Positions 1 through 8,205 of a stretch of 13,714 nucleotides of DNA are shown one piece after another (position 1 is the first letter of the stretch; each line of letters opens with the position of its first letter). The DNA comes from Marine Group I thaumarchaeote. Its GTDB lineage: Archaea; Thermoproteota; Nitrososphaeria; Nitrososphaerales; Nitrosopumilaceae. Position numbers and translations under genes: made by a program. The stretch spans positions 293,101 through 306,814 of the forward strand of contig CP054849.1 in NCBI GenBank assembly GCA_044358425.1, read 5' to 3'. The notes beneath the pieces were generated by a model. The model was given only the letters and a program-made list of their open reading frames with translations, made no database searches and had not been told where the DNA came from.

Positions 1-182
1 CCTTCTCTTCTACCACCTTCTCTTCTTCTATCATCAAATCTACCACCTTCTCTTCTTCTATCATCAAATCTACCACCTTCTCTTCTTCTATCATCAAATC
101 TACCACCTTCTCTTCTACCACCTTCTCTTCTACCACCTTCTCTTCTACCACCTTCTCTTCTACCACCTTCTCTTCTACCACC
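1..182 (-). repeat. Coding tandem repeat in the Nop5 C-terminus: 5 x 15 bp (GGRRE) followed by 3 x 30 bp (GGRFDDRRRE)
   Basis: The + strand unit taccaccttctcttc occurs 5 times at 101-175. The unit taccaccttctcttcttctatcatcaaatc occurs 3 times at 11-100. Both are multiples of 3 and in frame with nop5. Confidence 0.95.
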
Positions 183-1349
183 AAAGTTTCCATCTCCACG
201 ACTAAATTGTTGAGGTTTTCTGATGTCTTTTTCAGTTGGATTTTCATATTTTTTACCTATTTCATCTACTCTGATATTGAGTTTTTCTAGTAAAGTTTGA
301 TTCAATCCTTCACCATACACATCCACTCTTGCAGCAATTACTGCTTTTGCAGCAACTGCTCTTGCAATCTTACCTCTTTGCCAACGTGGAGCTGCATGAA
401 CCATTGCATGTTGGAATAATAATCCGTGCTTTGGTGGTTGAGAACCTGTCTTTAATGATCTAAACAGTGCTTTTTCAGCACCTAATACTTGTATTGTACT
501 TGCAGGAAGTGATGCCATTCTTTTTAAACTTCCAGCTCTTCCTAAAATTCTTGCACCCACTGCAGTACCTAGAATAGCAGAAAGGTTAGGTGCAATTTCT
601 TGCATTTCTGATTCTACATGTTCTTCAAGTTTTTTACGTAATTCATAGAAATCTAAAATTTGTTTTGCAATCGATTGAACAATTGATAAATTAATATCTG
701 AAATATCTCCTCCTCTACTTTTTGATAAGATCAATGATAACATCTCTACTTTTGATTCTGGAAAACCAGCTTCTTCAAAAACTTGTTTTGATAATGATTC
801 TCGTTTACCTGCCATTACAATTTGTGCATATCCATTAATGCTATCTATCATATTATCTAATTCAGGAAAATGTAATCCATACCATTCTCTAAGTCTTGAA
901 CTTAATCCATTTGCAATTTTATCAATTTCATCCAATGAATTAATTGCTTGAATAATATGAAGATCTGGACTTTGTGATACTTCTGTAACTTTTGAAGATG
1001 AAAACCCTAAAGCAAATTCTCTTAATTTGCCCAATGTATCTTGAAGATTTGATGCAAATCCTGAATCTACAATAATTTGCGGTTTTGTAGATTGTACTTT
1101 TTCTAATTCTTCTAAATCCATTATATGACAATCAATTGAAAATTTTTTCAAAATTGCAAGTAATGACTCGTCACTAACTGAAACTCCTCTTTGAATCTTA
1201 GCTAAATAATTAATTAATTCATTTAATTTTGCTTCTTTATTTTTTATTGCAAGATATTCTTTAACTGGATTTGAAAATGGAAATGATTCATCTACTTGTC
1301 CATCATTAAAAACTGATATTCCCAATTCGGTTAAAATTACTGAATACAT
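1..1349 (-). CDS. nop5: Box C/D sRNP scaffold protein Nop5 (Nop56/58 homolog); 3' end runs off the window
   Basis: Translated by hand from ATG at 1349 (MYSVILTELGIS...) and open to the window edge. Contains the Nop-family motifs DLHIIQAINSLDEIDK..RLREWYGLHFPEL, APNLSAILG, LPASTIQVLGAEKALF, PKHGLLFQH and QRGKIARAVAAKAVIAARVD. Absent from the ORF track because its stop lies outside the window. Confidence 0.96.
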   Translation of the reverse strand, partial: MYSVILTELGISVFNDGQVDESFPFSNPVKEYLAIKNKEAKLNELINYLAKIQRGVSVSDESLLAILKKFSIDCHIMDLEELEKVQSTKPQIIVDSGFASNLQDTLGKLREFALGFSSSKVTEVSQSPDLHIIQAINSLDEIDKIANGLSSRLREWYGLHFPELDNMIDSINGYAQIVMAGKRESLSKQVFEEAGFPESKVEMLSLILSKSRGGDISDINLSIVQSIAKQILDFYELRKKLEEHVESEMQEIAPNLSAILGTAVGARILGRAGSLKRMASLPASTIQVLGAEKALFRSLKTGSQPPKHGLLFQHAMVHAAPRWQRGKIARAVAAKAVIAARVDVYGEGLNQTLLEKLNIRVDEIGKKYENPTEKDIRKPQQFSRGDGNFGGRREGGRREGGRREGGRREGGRREGGRFDDRRREGGRFDDRRREGGRFDDRRREGGRRE

Positions 1350-1434
1350 GAATAGTTGAACCTAGATCACCTTTAAAAAATGTACTAGATCATTAAATCA
1401 ACTATTATATTCGAAACTAGATTTATCTATCCTG
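1350..1434. promoter_or_regulatory. Divergent nop5/pyrD promoter region
   Basis: TTTTTAAA on the - strand (within 1372-1380) lies about 25-30 nt before the nop5 ATG. TTATAT (1405-1410) lies about 25-30 nt before the pyrD ATG. Both spacings fit archaeal TATA boxes of leaderless transcripts. Confidence 0.6.
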
Positions 1435-2346
1435 ATGGGACCCAGTCTTGCAACTTCTATAGGTAAAATGCAATTAGATAAACCTGCTATGCTTGCATCT
1501 GGAATTCTAGGAATTTCTTTGGATGTATTTAATCGATTATATCGTTCAGGTGCTGGAGCAGTTGTCACAAAATCCCTTAGTAGCGAGCCATGGGAAGGTT
1601 ATCCAAATCCTACAATTTTTAGTGTAAATGGTGGTGGTTGGATGAATGCCGTTGGTCTTTCAAATCCAGGCGCTTCAAATTTTGCTAAAATGATTGAACC
1701 CAATCAGGATGTTCCAATAATCGTAAGTTTAGTTGGTTCTATTCCTAAAGATTTTGAAATGATGATCAATGAATTTAAAAATTGTAATGTTACTGCATTT
1801 GAACTAAATTTGTCTTGTCCACATGTTGCAAAAGTTGGTTTAGAAGTTGGAGATGATCCTGAGTTAGTGAAGAAAATAGTAACTACTGTAAAAAATTCTA
1901 CTACTGCTCCTGTAATTGCAAAAGTTGGTTTGGGCACTACTAATTATCTTAATACTGTTAAAACTGCAATCGATTCAGGAATTGATGCTATAACTGCAAT
2001 TAATACTGTTAGAGCAATGGCAATTGATGTTGAAACTCAAAGACCAATTCTCAGTAACAAATATGGTGGCTTGTCTGGTACGCCAATCAAACCAATTGCA
2101 TTAAGATGTGTTTATGAAATTTCTTCTAAATATGATATTCCAATTATTGGGTGTGGTGGAATTTCTACTTGGGAAGATGCAATAGAGTTTTTCTTAGCTG
2201 GTGCTTCTGCTATTCAACTTGGTAGTGCAATAGGTGATAATTGGATTAATGTTTTTGATGATATCAACAAAGGTGTATTGCAATACATGAAACAGAAAAA
2301 TTATTCTACAATACAGGAGATGGTGGGACTTGCAAAGAAATTCTAA
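1435..2346 (+). CDS. pyrD: Dihydroorotate dehydrogenase family 1B, catalytic subunit
   Basis: GAVVTKS, NAVGLSNPG, ELNLSCPH (catalytic Cys), AINT, GGLSG and PIIGCGGI motifs; followed directly by pyrK. Confidence 0.96.
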   Translation: MGPSLATSIGKMQLDKPAMLASGILGISLDVFNRLYRSGAGAVVTKSLSSEPWEGYPNPTIFSVNGGGWMNAVGLSNPGASNFAKMIEPNQDVPIIVSLVGSIPKDFEMMINEFKNCNVTAFELNLSCPHVAKVGLEVGDDPELVKKIVTTVKNSTTAPVIAKVGLGTTNYLNTVKTAIDSGIDAITAINTVRAMAIDVETQRPILSNKYGGLSGTPIKPIALRCVYEISSKYDIPIIGCGGISTWEDAIEFFLAGASAIQLGSAIGDNWINVFDDINKGVLQYMKQKNYSTIQEMVGLAKKF

Positions 2347-3142
2347 TCATACTACTATTGTTACAATTGAAAAAGTAGTTGATGAAACTCCTACTGTTAG
2401 AACTTTATATTTTTCAGATGATGTGATGTCTAATGTTTTACCTGGACAATTTGCAATGGTTTGGATTCCTGGAATTAATGAATTACCCATGAGTGTAATG
2501 ATTTCTAATGAATCTGGAAAGGCAGCATTCACTGTAAGAAAACATGGTTTAGCATCAACTGGATTATTCAATATTAAAACCGGAGAAAAAATTGGAGTTC
2601 GTGGACCTTACGGAAATGCTTTTGATATTAAACAAGGAAAACTTTTGCTAGTTGGGGGAGGAACTGGACTTGTTCCAATGATGCGATTATTAACTCATGT
2701 AAAACCCACTGATGATGTCACTGTTTTAATTGGTGCAAAATCAAAAGATGAAGTTTTCTTTGAGAATTTGGCAAATGAACTTTTAAAAAATAATTCTCAT
2801 AATGTGATTGTTTGTACTGATGATGGAAGTTATGGTGAAAAAGGATTTGTAACTGATGTTGTTGAAAAATTGGTTACTGAATCTAATTTTGATGGTGTGT
2901 ATACATGTGGCCCAGAAAAAATGATGTACAAAACTGTTCAATCTGCTCATTCTAGAGGTATTTTCGTTCAGGCCAGTTTAGAGCGTATGATGAAATGTGG
3001 TGTTGGAATTTGTGGAAGTTGTTGTGTCGGAGAAGATCTTGCATGTAAAGATGGGACTATTTTTGATGGAAATCATCTGTCTCAAAACAAAGAATTTGGC
3101 TATACGCACAGAAATAAGGCTGGAATTCTTGAAGATTATTGA
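2330..3142 (+). CDS. pyrK: Dihydroorotate dehydrogenase electron-transfer subunit (FAD, [2Fe-2S])
   Basis: PGQFAMVW, RGPYG, GGGTG, TDDGSYG, CGP and ERMMKCGVGICGSC-x7-C motifs. The TTG start overlaps the pyrD 3' end, with GGAG/GGTG upstream. Confidence 0.95.
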   Translation: MQRNSNHTTIVTIEKVVDETPTVRTLYFSDDVMSNVLPGQFAMVWIPGINELPMSVMISNESGKAAFTVRKHGLASTGLFNIKTGEKIGVRGPYGNAFDIKQGKLLLVGGGTGLVPMMRLLTHVKPTDDVTVLIGAKSKDEVFFENLANELLKNNSHNVIVCTDDGSYGEKGFVTDVVEKLVTESNFDGVYTCGPEKMMYKTVQSAHSRGIFVQASLERMMKCGVGICGSCCVGEDLACKDGTIFDGNHLSQNKEFGYTHRNKAGILEDY

Positions 3143-3184
3143 CTTTTTCGAGTAAGGTTTAAAATCAATCATAAAATATTTTGC

Positions 3185-4918
3185 GTGAAGGGAATGGGAA
3201 CTCCAAAAATCGTTTTAACTGCTGACAGAACTTTGATGTCTCCGTATAGGGGATTGTCTTTGGCAACATTTTTTGGATGTGCACCTGCATTAGACCCTCA
3301 CAGAGATCCTAAGAGCTTTTGGTACAAAATACTGGGAAAACAAGTAACTCCTAAAGTTCTATTTGATTTCATTTGTAATTGGTCTCCTGACATCAATGGT
3401 GCAGCAAAATATGCTCCATATGGATTGAGAAAATTAGAAGCTGGTTTGTTACGTGATGGTTTCGCACGAAGTGATGTAGTTGTTGCTCATCCAAATCACA
3501 TTGAAAAATTTATTGGCCCTGAAACTGAAGTTATTGGAACTTATGAAATGGATCCACTTGGAATGGGTCCTGTAACTATGACATTTACTTATGGAAGAAA
3601 ACAAACATCTTACGATGAGTTTTACAATGCTGAATTACATCATAGAATTAAAGCTGCTAAAGCAAGAACTGGAAGTAAAGCTAAAGTAATTTCTGGCGCA
3701 TCTGGTACTTGGCAATATAATTATGATCCTGAAAAAATTGAAGAGTTTGGAATTTATGCAATTTTAGAAGGAGAGCTTGGTGGTATTGCACCTGAAATTG
3801 ATGGACATGCTGGAAGATTCTTTAATTATTTGATTAACGGTGACTTTGAAAATATGGATCCATTTAGAAAAAGAAGTGACTTTAAAGTTAACATTAAAGA
3901 ATTTGAAAGAAATAATAAAAAAATCCATGGACGATTTGTAAATTTCTGGGATAGACCTGATTTAGAAGAAATTCCAGATATTGTAGAACCTAGTATGCAC
4001 GGAATGGTAGAAGTAATGCGTGGTTGTGGAAGAGGCTGTAAGTTTTGTGATGTCACTTTAAGATCTTTGAGATATTATTCTCCGGAAAAAGTGAAAAAAG
4101 AAATTGAAGTTAACATCAAAAAAGGTGGTTCAAAATCTGCATGGATTCACAGTGATGATATTTTTGTTTATGGTATGGATCCAAGAACTGCAAAGGGAAT
4201 GGAACCAAATAGAGAAGCATTAGAAGAATTATTCACCGCAATTATGTCTACTGGAGTAGAACATACAAATCCAACACACGGAACATTGGCAGGTGCAATT
4301 GCTGATGAAAAACTTCTTCCTAATTTATCTAGAATCATGAAAGCTGGTCCTGATAATATGATTGGAGTCCAAGCAGGATTTGAAACTGGAAGTCTTAGAT
4401 TAATAGGTAAATACGCTGATAGAAAACTTGCTCCATATGATCCATCTGAATGGCACTGGGTTGTAAAAGAAGGTGTAAAATCAATGAATGAAAATTATTG
4501 GATTCCTGCATTTACTCTTATTATGGGTCTTGATAACGATGAAACTCCTGAGGATTCATGGGATACTATTAGACTTCTTAGTGAATTAGAACATGAACAA
4601 CCTGATTCTATGTTTACTGCTACTGCTCTAACCTTTGTTCCAATTGGCTTACTTGAAACTTCTAATTTCTTTAATATTGGAAACGAAATGACTCCTGCAC
4701 AATTGGGAGTTCTTTACAAGACATGGCAACATAATTTCAAATATGCTATTCAAAAATTCATGACTAAAACTGGTGCAAAAGGACCACAAAGATACTTCTT
4801 CAACGCTATTGCAAGATCTCTTGGTGGAGTTCCTCTTGGTGCTATGGAAAAATATGCCCGTAGAAAGAGTCCAGAACATGAAAAAGTTATTGAAACTATC
4901 AAGGCAAAATACTGGTAA
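3185..4918 (+). CDS. Cobalamin-binding (class B-like) radical SAM enzyme, probable GDGT ring synthase (GrsA/GrsB-like family)
   Basis: CxxxCxxC motif (RGCGRGCKFC). The N-terminal IVLTADR...APYGLRKLEAGLL...MDPLGMGP pattern, and SDDIFVYG and GFETGS, match my recollection of the archaeal Grs/Gms-type family. GTG start about 25 nt after TTTAAAA (3158-3164); alternative ATG at 3194. The radical SAM call is secure; the Grs call is moderate. Confidence 0.75.
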   Translation: MKGMGTPKIVLTADRTLMSPYRGLSLATFFGCAPALDPHRDPKSFWYKILGKQVTPKVLFDFICNWSPDINGAAKYAPYGLRKLEAGLLRDGFARSDVVVAHPNHIEKFIGPETEVIGTYEMDPLGMGPVTMTFTYGRKQTSYDEFYNAELHHRIKAAKARTGSKAKVISGASGTWQYNYDPEKIEEFGIYAILEGELGGIAPEIDGHAGRFFNYLINGDFENMDPFRKRSDFKVNIKEFERNNKKIHGRFVNFWDRPDLEEIPDIVEPSMHGMVEVMRGCGRGCKFCDVTLRSLRYYSPEKVKKEIEVNIKKGGSKSAWIHSDDIFVYGMDPRTAKGMEPNREALEELFTAIMSTGVEHTNPTHGTLAGAIADEKLLPNLSRIMKAGPDNMIGVQAGFETGSLRLIGKYADRKLAPYDPSEWHWVVKEGVKSMNENYWIPAFTLIMGLDNDETPEDSWDTIRLLSELEHEQPDSMFTATALTFVPIGLLETSNFFNIGNEMTPAQLGVLYKTWQHNFKYAIQKFMTKTGAKGPQRYFFNAIARSLGGVPLGAMEKYARRKSPEHEKVIETIKAKYW

Positions 4919-4961
4919 TTATTATCCAAATACATAAATTCACTAATTCTAACTGTAAGAT

Positions 4962-5144
4962 ATGGCAACACACGGTTCATTAACTAAAGCAGGTAAAGTA
5001 AGAGGACAAACCCCTAAAGTTGAAGGTAGAAAAATTGTAGGAACAAGTTCTAGTGTAGCTAATAAAAGTAATTTCAAAAAACGATTTGCTTTAGGTAGAT
5101 TCCCAGGTCAAAATAAACCTGGTCAAAGAAGAAAGAAACGTTAG
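4962..5144 (+). CDS. rps30e: 30S ribosomal protein S30e
   Basis: HGSLTKAGKVRGQTPKV signature in a 60-aa basic protein. Confidence 0.96.
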   Translation: MATHGSLTKAGKVRGQTPKVEGRKIVGTSSSVANKSNFKKRFALGRFPGQNKPGQRRKKR

Positions 5145-5198
5145 AGTATTTTTCGTCTGTATTTTTGTCATTTATCGATCAAATTTTTAAACAATACC

Positions 5199-5230
5199 CT
5201 TATAAAGTACAGGTACCGTACTATACGGTA
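5199..5230 (+). promoter_or_regulatory. radA TATA box with overlapping palindromes (candidate operator)
   Basis: CTTATAAA at 5199-5206; AGTAC-A-GGTACC-GTACT at 5206-5222; TACCGTA-cta-TACGGTA at 5214-5230, ending on the A of the start ATG. Confidence 0.6.
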
Positions 5231-6354
5231 TGGTTGAAGATTTAAGATTAGATAGTTTAGAGGGCGTAGGTCCTGTAACTACAAGAAAATTATCCGATGC
5301 AGGTGTCCACAACGTCATGGACCTCATCGTTAGAGGTCCTGTTGATATTTCAGAAATCACTGGAATGGAAAAAGACACAGCTGAAAAAATTGTCAATAAA
5401 GCAAGAAAACATCTAGTTGAAGGTGGTCTACTTGCTAAAGATTTCATTAGTGCAAGTGAATTGTATAAAACTCGACAAAGTATTGGTAAAATTAGTACTG
5501 GTACTAATTGTCTTGATACTCTATTTGATGGTGGTATTGAAACTAGAGCTCTAACAGAAGTTTATGGAGAATTTGGTTGTGGTAAAACACAATTTGCTCA
5601 TACCATGTCTGTAATGGTTCAAAAAAGTAAAGAGGAAGGGGGACTTGAAGGTGGTGTTTTGTATATAGATACAGAAGGTACATTTAGACCTGAAAGAATT
5701 GTTCAAATTGCTCAAGCACATGAAATGGATCCTGAAAAAGTTTTGGATAATATCATTGTTGCACGTGCATACAACAGTGCTCATCAAACATTAATTCTTG
5801 AAGAAGCTGGTGCTATAATTGAAGAAAACAATGTAAAGTTAATCGTTGCAGATTCTGCAGTTGGATTATTCCGTTCTGAATATCTTGGAAGGGGAACATT
5901 GTCTGTTAGACAACAAAAACTAAATCATTTTGTTCATTTGTTGGTTAGAATTGCTGAAACATATGATTGTGCTGCAATTGCCACAAATCAGGTCATGGCA
6001 TCCCCTGATGTTTTCTTTGGAGATCCAACTAGACCTATTGGTGGAAATGTAGTTGCACATACAAGTACCTACAGAATCTACTTTAAGAAATCTGGTAAAA
6101 AACGAATTGCTAGAATGGTGGATAGTCCTCATCATCCAGAAGAAGAAGTAATCTTTGCTTTGGGTCAAGCAGGAATTATTGATCCTGAGGAAGCAGAGAA
6201 AAAAACAAAAAAGACTGCCAAGAAAGCAACTACGAAAAAAACTAAAGAAACTAAAACAAAAACTACTGTAGAACCTGAAGTAGAGGCTACTGTAGAACCT
6301 GAAGTAGATGTAGTTGAAGATCACGGTGCAGATATCACATCTGATGATTTCTAG
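5230..6354 (+). CDS. radA: DNA repair and recombination protein RadA
   Basis: N-terminal HhH (LEGVGPVTTRKL), FxxA polymerisation motif (FISA), Walker A GEFGCGKT, YIDTEGTFRPER, Walker B LIVADS and GGNVVAHTST; no intein. Confidence 0.98.
   Translation: MVEDLRLDSLEGVGPVTTRKLSDAGVHNVMDLIVRGPVDISEITGMEKDTAEKIVNKARKHLVEGGLLAKDFISASELYKTRQSIGKISTGTNCLDTLFDGGIETRALTEVYGEFGCGKTQFAHTMSVMVQKSKEEGGLEGGVLYIDTEGTFRPERIVQIAQAHEMDPEKVLDNIIVARAYNSAHQTLILEEAGAIIEENNVKLIVADSAVGLFRSEYLGRGTLSVRQQKLNHFVHLLVRIAETYDCAAIATNQVMASPDVFFGDPTRPIGGNVVAHTSTYRIYFKKSGKKRIARMVDSPHHPEEEVIFALGQAGIIDPEEAEKKTKKTAKKATTKKTKETKTKTTVEPEVEATVEPEVDVVEDHGADITSDDF
6263..6308 (+). repeat. 22-bp direct repeat (24-bp period) in the RadA C-terminal tail
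   Basis: ctactgtagaacctgaagtaga at 6263-6284 and 6287-6308, encoding TVEPEVE/TVEPEVD. Confidence 0.9.
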
Positions 6355-6365
6355 TCACTAGAAGA

Positions 6366-6398
6366 TTTTTTTCTACTCTTTTTCTTATTTTATTTTTT
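6366..6398 (+). terminator. Probable oligo-T terminator after radA
   Basis: Several T-runs (T7, T5, T4, T6) begin 12 nt after the stop, typical of archaeal intrinsic terminators. Confidence 0.5.
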
Positions 6399-6445
6399 AA
6401 TTATTCATTAAATTCTAATATTATCTGACAATGTGATATTGTATT

Positions 6446-7501
6446 ATGGTAGACCTTTATCGATTTCTTCCTGAAGAAATGGAAAAATTAGTTATTGACA
6501 TGGGTTATCCACGTTATAGGGCAGATCAGATTTTACTTCCTTTGTATTACAAATTTCCAAAAAAAATTTCAGATATTAAACAACTACCAAAAAAATTGAT
6601 TGAAGAATTAAATGATGCTGGTTATACAATAGGTTCTGCACAGGAAACTCATAGAGTTGTAAGTGAAGATGGTGATACTACAAAATTATTACTCAATTTA
6701 ACAAATGAAAAGTCAGTTGAAACTGTTTTAATGCAATATGAACCAACCAAAATTGGAGGTCATCCAAGATCAACTATTTGTGTTTCAACTCAAATTGGAT
6801 GTGCCATGGGTTGTGTATTTTGTGCAACAGGACAAATGGGTTTTGAAACAAATCTAAAAGCAGAACAAATTATTTCACAAGTAATTCATTTTGAAGAAAT
6901 TTTAAGACAAAGAGGAGAACATGTGACAAATTTAGTTTTCATGGGAATGGGTGAACCTATGGCAAATTATGATGAAATGATTCGAGCTGTAAAGATTTTA
7001 ACTCATCCTAGAGGATTTGGACTAGGTCAACGTCACATAACTATTTCAACAATTGGAATTAAGTCTGGAATTGAAAGATTAGCTGATGAAAATTTACAAA
7101 TTGGTTTGGCAATATCGTTACATGCTCCTACAAATGATTTAAGAAAAAAATTAGTTCCTACTGCTACTCCTAATTCTGTAGAAGAAATTATTGAATCTGG
7201 TCATGATTATTTTAAAAGAACAGGTAGACGTGTTACTTTTGAATATGCATTAATGGATGGAATTAATGATTCTCCAGACATTGCTAATAATCTGGCCAAA
7301 TTATTAAAAGGAAATGGCTCTCATGTGAATTTAATTCCAATTAATCCAACTGCTGGTGATTTTAAACGCCCATCAAACAATCGTGTTCATGAGTTTGAAC
7401 GAATTTTATCCAAAGCAGGAATTAACTGTACAATTAGAATTGAGAAAGGAACTGAGATCTCAGCTGCATGTGGACAACTCAGAACTGATATGATTGGGTA
7501 A
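6446..7501 (+). CDS. rlmN: RlmN-type radical SAM RNA methyltransferase (23S rRNA m2A2503)
   Basis: VETV, CVSTQIGCAMGCVFCATG, VFMGMGEP, ISTIG, ISLHAP, VTFEY, VNLIP and C-terminal AACGQL; both catalytic Cys are present. Confidence 0.93.
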   Translation: MVDLYRFLPEEMEKLVIDMGYPRYRADQILLPLYYKFPKKISDIKQLPKKLIEELNDAGYTIGSAQETHRVVSEDGDTTKLLLNLTNEKSVETVLMQYEPTKIGGHPRSTICVSTQIGCAMGCVFCATGQMGFETNLKAEQIISQVIHFEEILRQRGEHVTNLVFMGMGEPMANYDEMIRAVKILTHPRGFGLGQRHITISTIGIKSGIERLADENLQIGLAISLHAPTNDLRKKLVPTATPNSVEEIIESGHDYFKRTGRRVTFEYALMDGINDSPDIANNLAKLLKGNGSHVNLIPINPTAGDFKRPSNNRVHEFERILSKAGINCTIRIEKGTEISAACGQLRTDMIG

Positions 7502-7556
7502 TTTTCTAAAAAATTGTCCTAAGTGTTAAAATAGGGCTTTTCAAGGTTTTACACTC

Positions 7557-7856
7557 ATGGCAACTAAGAAGTCTCATGGCCGTTCACATGGATTTAAACA
7601 TAAATCTAGATCTGTTATGACAAAAAAATCTCCTAGAGGAGTATCATTTTTGTTACGTGAATACCAAGAAGGCCAACAAGCACTTGTCATTATTGATCCT
7701 AGACAGCATAAAGGATTGCCACATAGAAGATATCATGGAAAAGTCGGTGTTATCACAAATGTAGGCAGACGTGCTATAACATTAAGTGTAAAATTGGGAG
7801 ATAAACCAAAAACCTTAATCACTAGGTTAGATCACATAAAACCATTCGGTGTATAA
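7557..7856 (+). CDS. rpl21e: 50S ribosomal protein L21e
   Basis: SHG..KSR, HKGLPHRRYHGKVGVI and K.LI.R.DHIKP motifs; first gene of the conserved L21e-RpoF-DUF655-KsgA cluster. Confidence 0.96.
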   Translation: MATKKSHGRSHGFKHKSRSVMTKKSPRGVSFLLREYQEGQQALVIIDPRQHKGLPHRRYHGKVGVITNVGRRAITLSVKLGDKPKTLITRLDHIKPFGV

Positions 7857-7858
7857 TT

Positions 7859-8185
7859 ATGGAAGAAATACAAAAAAAACAAGCAATTTCACTTTCTGAA
7901 GTAAAAGAAATTTTGGGTAAGGTTGATGTTGAAGAAATGGATCAAATACAACGTTGGACATATGATTATGTTTCAAAGTTTGTAACAATTGATTCAAAAA
8001 ATGCAAAAGACATGAAAAAGAAGCTTATCAAAGATTGTGAATTGACAGAAGATGAAGCAGTTGAAATTGTAAATATCCGACCAACAAGTATGGCCGAATT
8101 ACGTTCATTTACTTTCGGTTGGAAAAAACTAATCCTTGCCGAAACCCTGGAAAAAATGCTCAAAATAATCCAGGAGCATTCTTAA
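7859..8185 (+). CDS. rpoF: RNA polymerase subunit Rpo4 (RpoF)
   Basis: ISLSEVKEIL..Q.WTYDYVSKF..AVEIVNIRPTS.AELRS HRDC-like pattern; synteny after rpl21e. Confidence 0.9.
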   Translation: MEEIQKKQAISLSEVKEILGKVDVEEMDQIQRWTYDYVSKFVTIDSKNAKDMKKKLIKDCELTEDEAVEIVNIRPTSMAELRSFTFGWKKLILAETLEKMLKIIQEHS

Positions 8186-8205
8186 TTTTTCCGGAGCAAT
8201 AAATT

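Noticed and set aside
1-182. Tandem repeat as a CRISPR array
   Set aside because: There are no unique spacers; the units are contiguous, multiples of 3 and in frame within nop5.
940-1131. Track ORF 940..1131 (-)
   Set aside because: An alternative-frame ORF inside the nop5 coding region.
6446-7501. Cfr-type antibiotic resistance methyltransferase
   Set aside because: The motifs MGMGEP, SLHAP and SxQIGC are RlmN-like, and the context is housekeeping with no mobile element.
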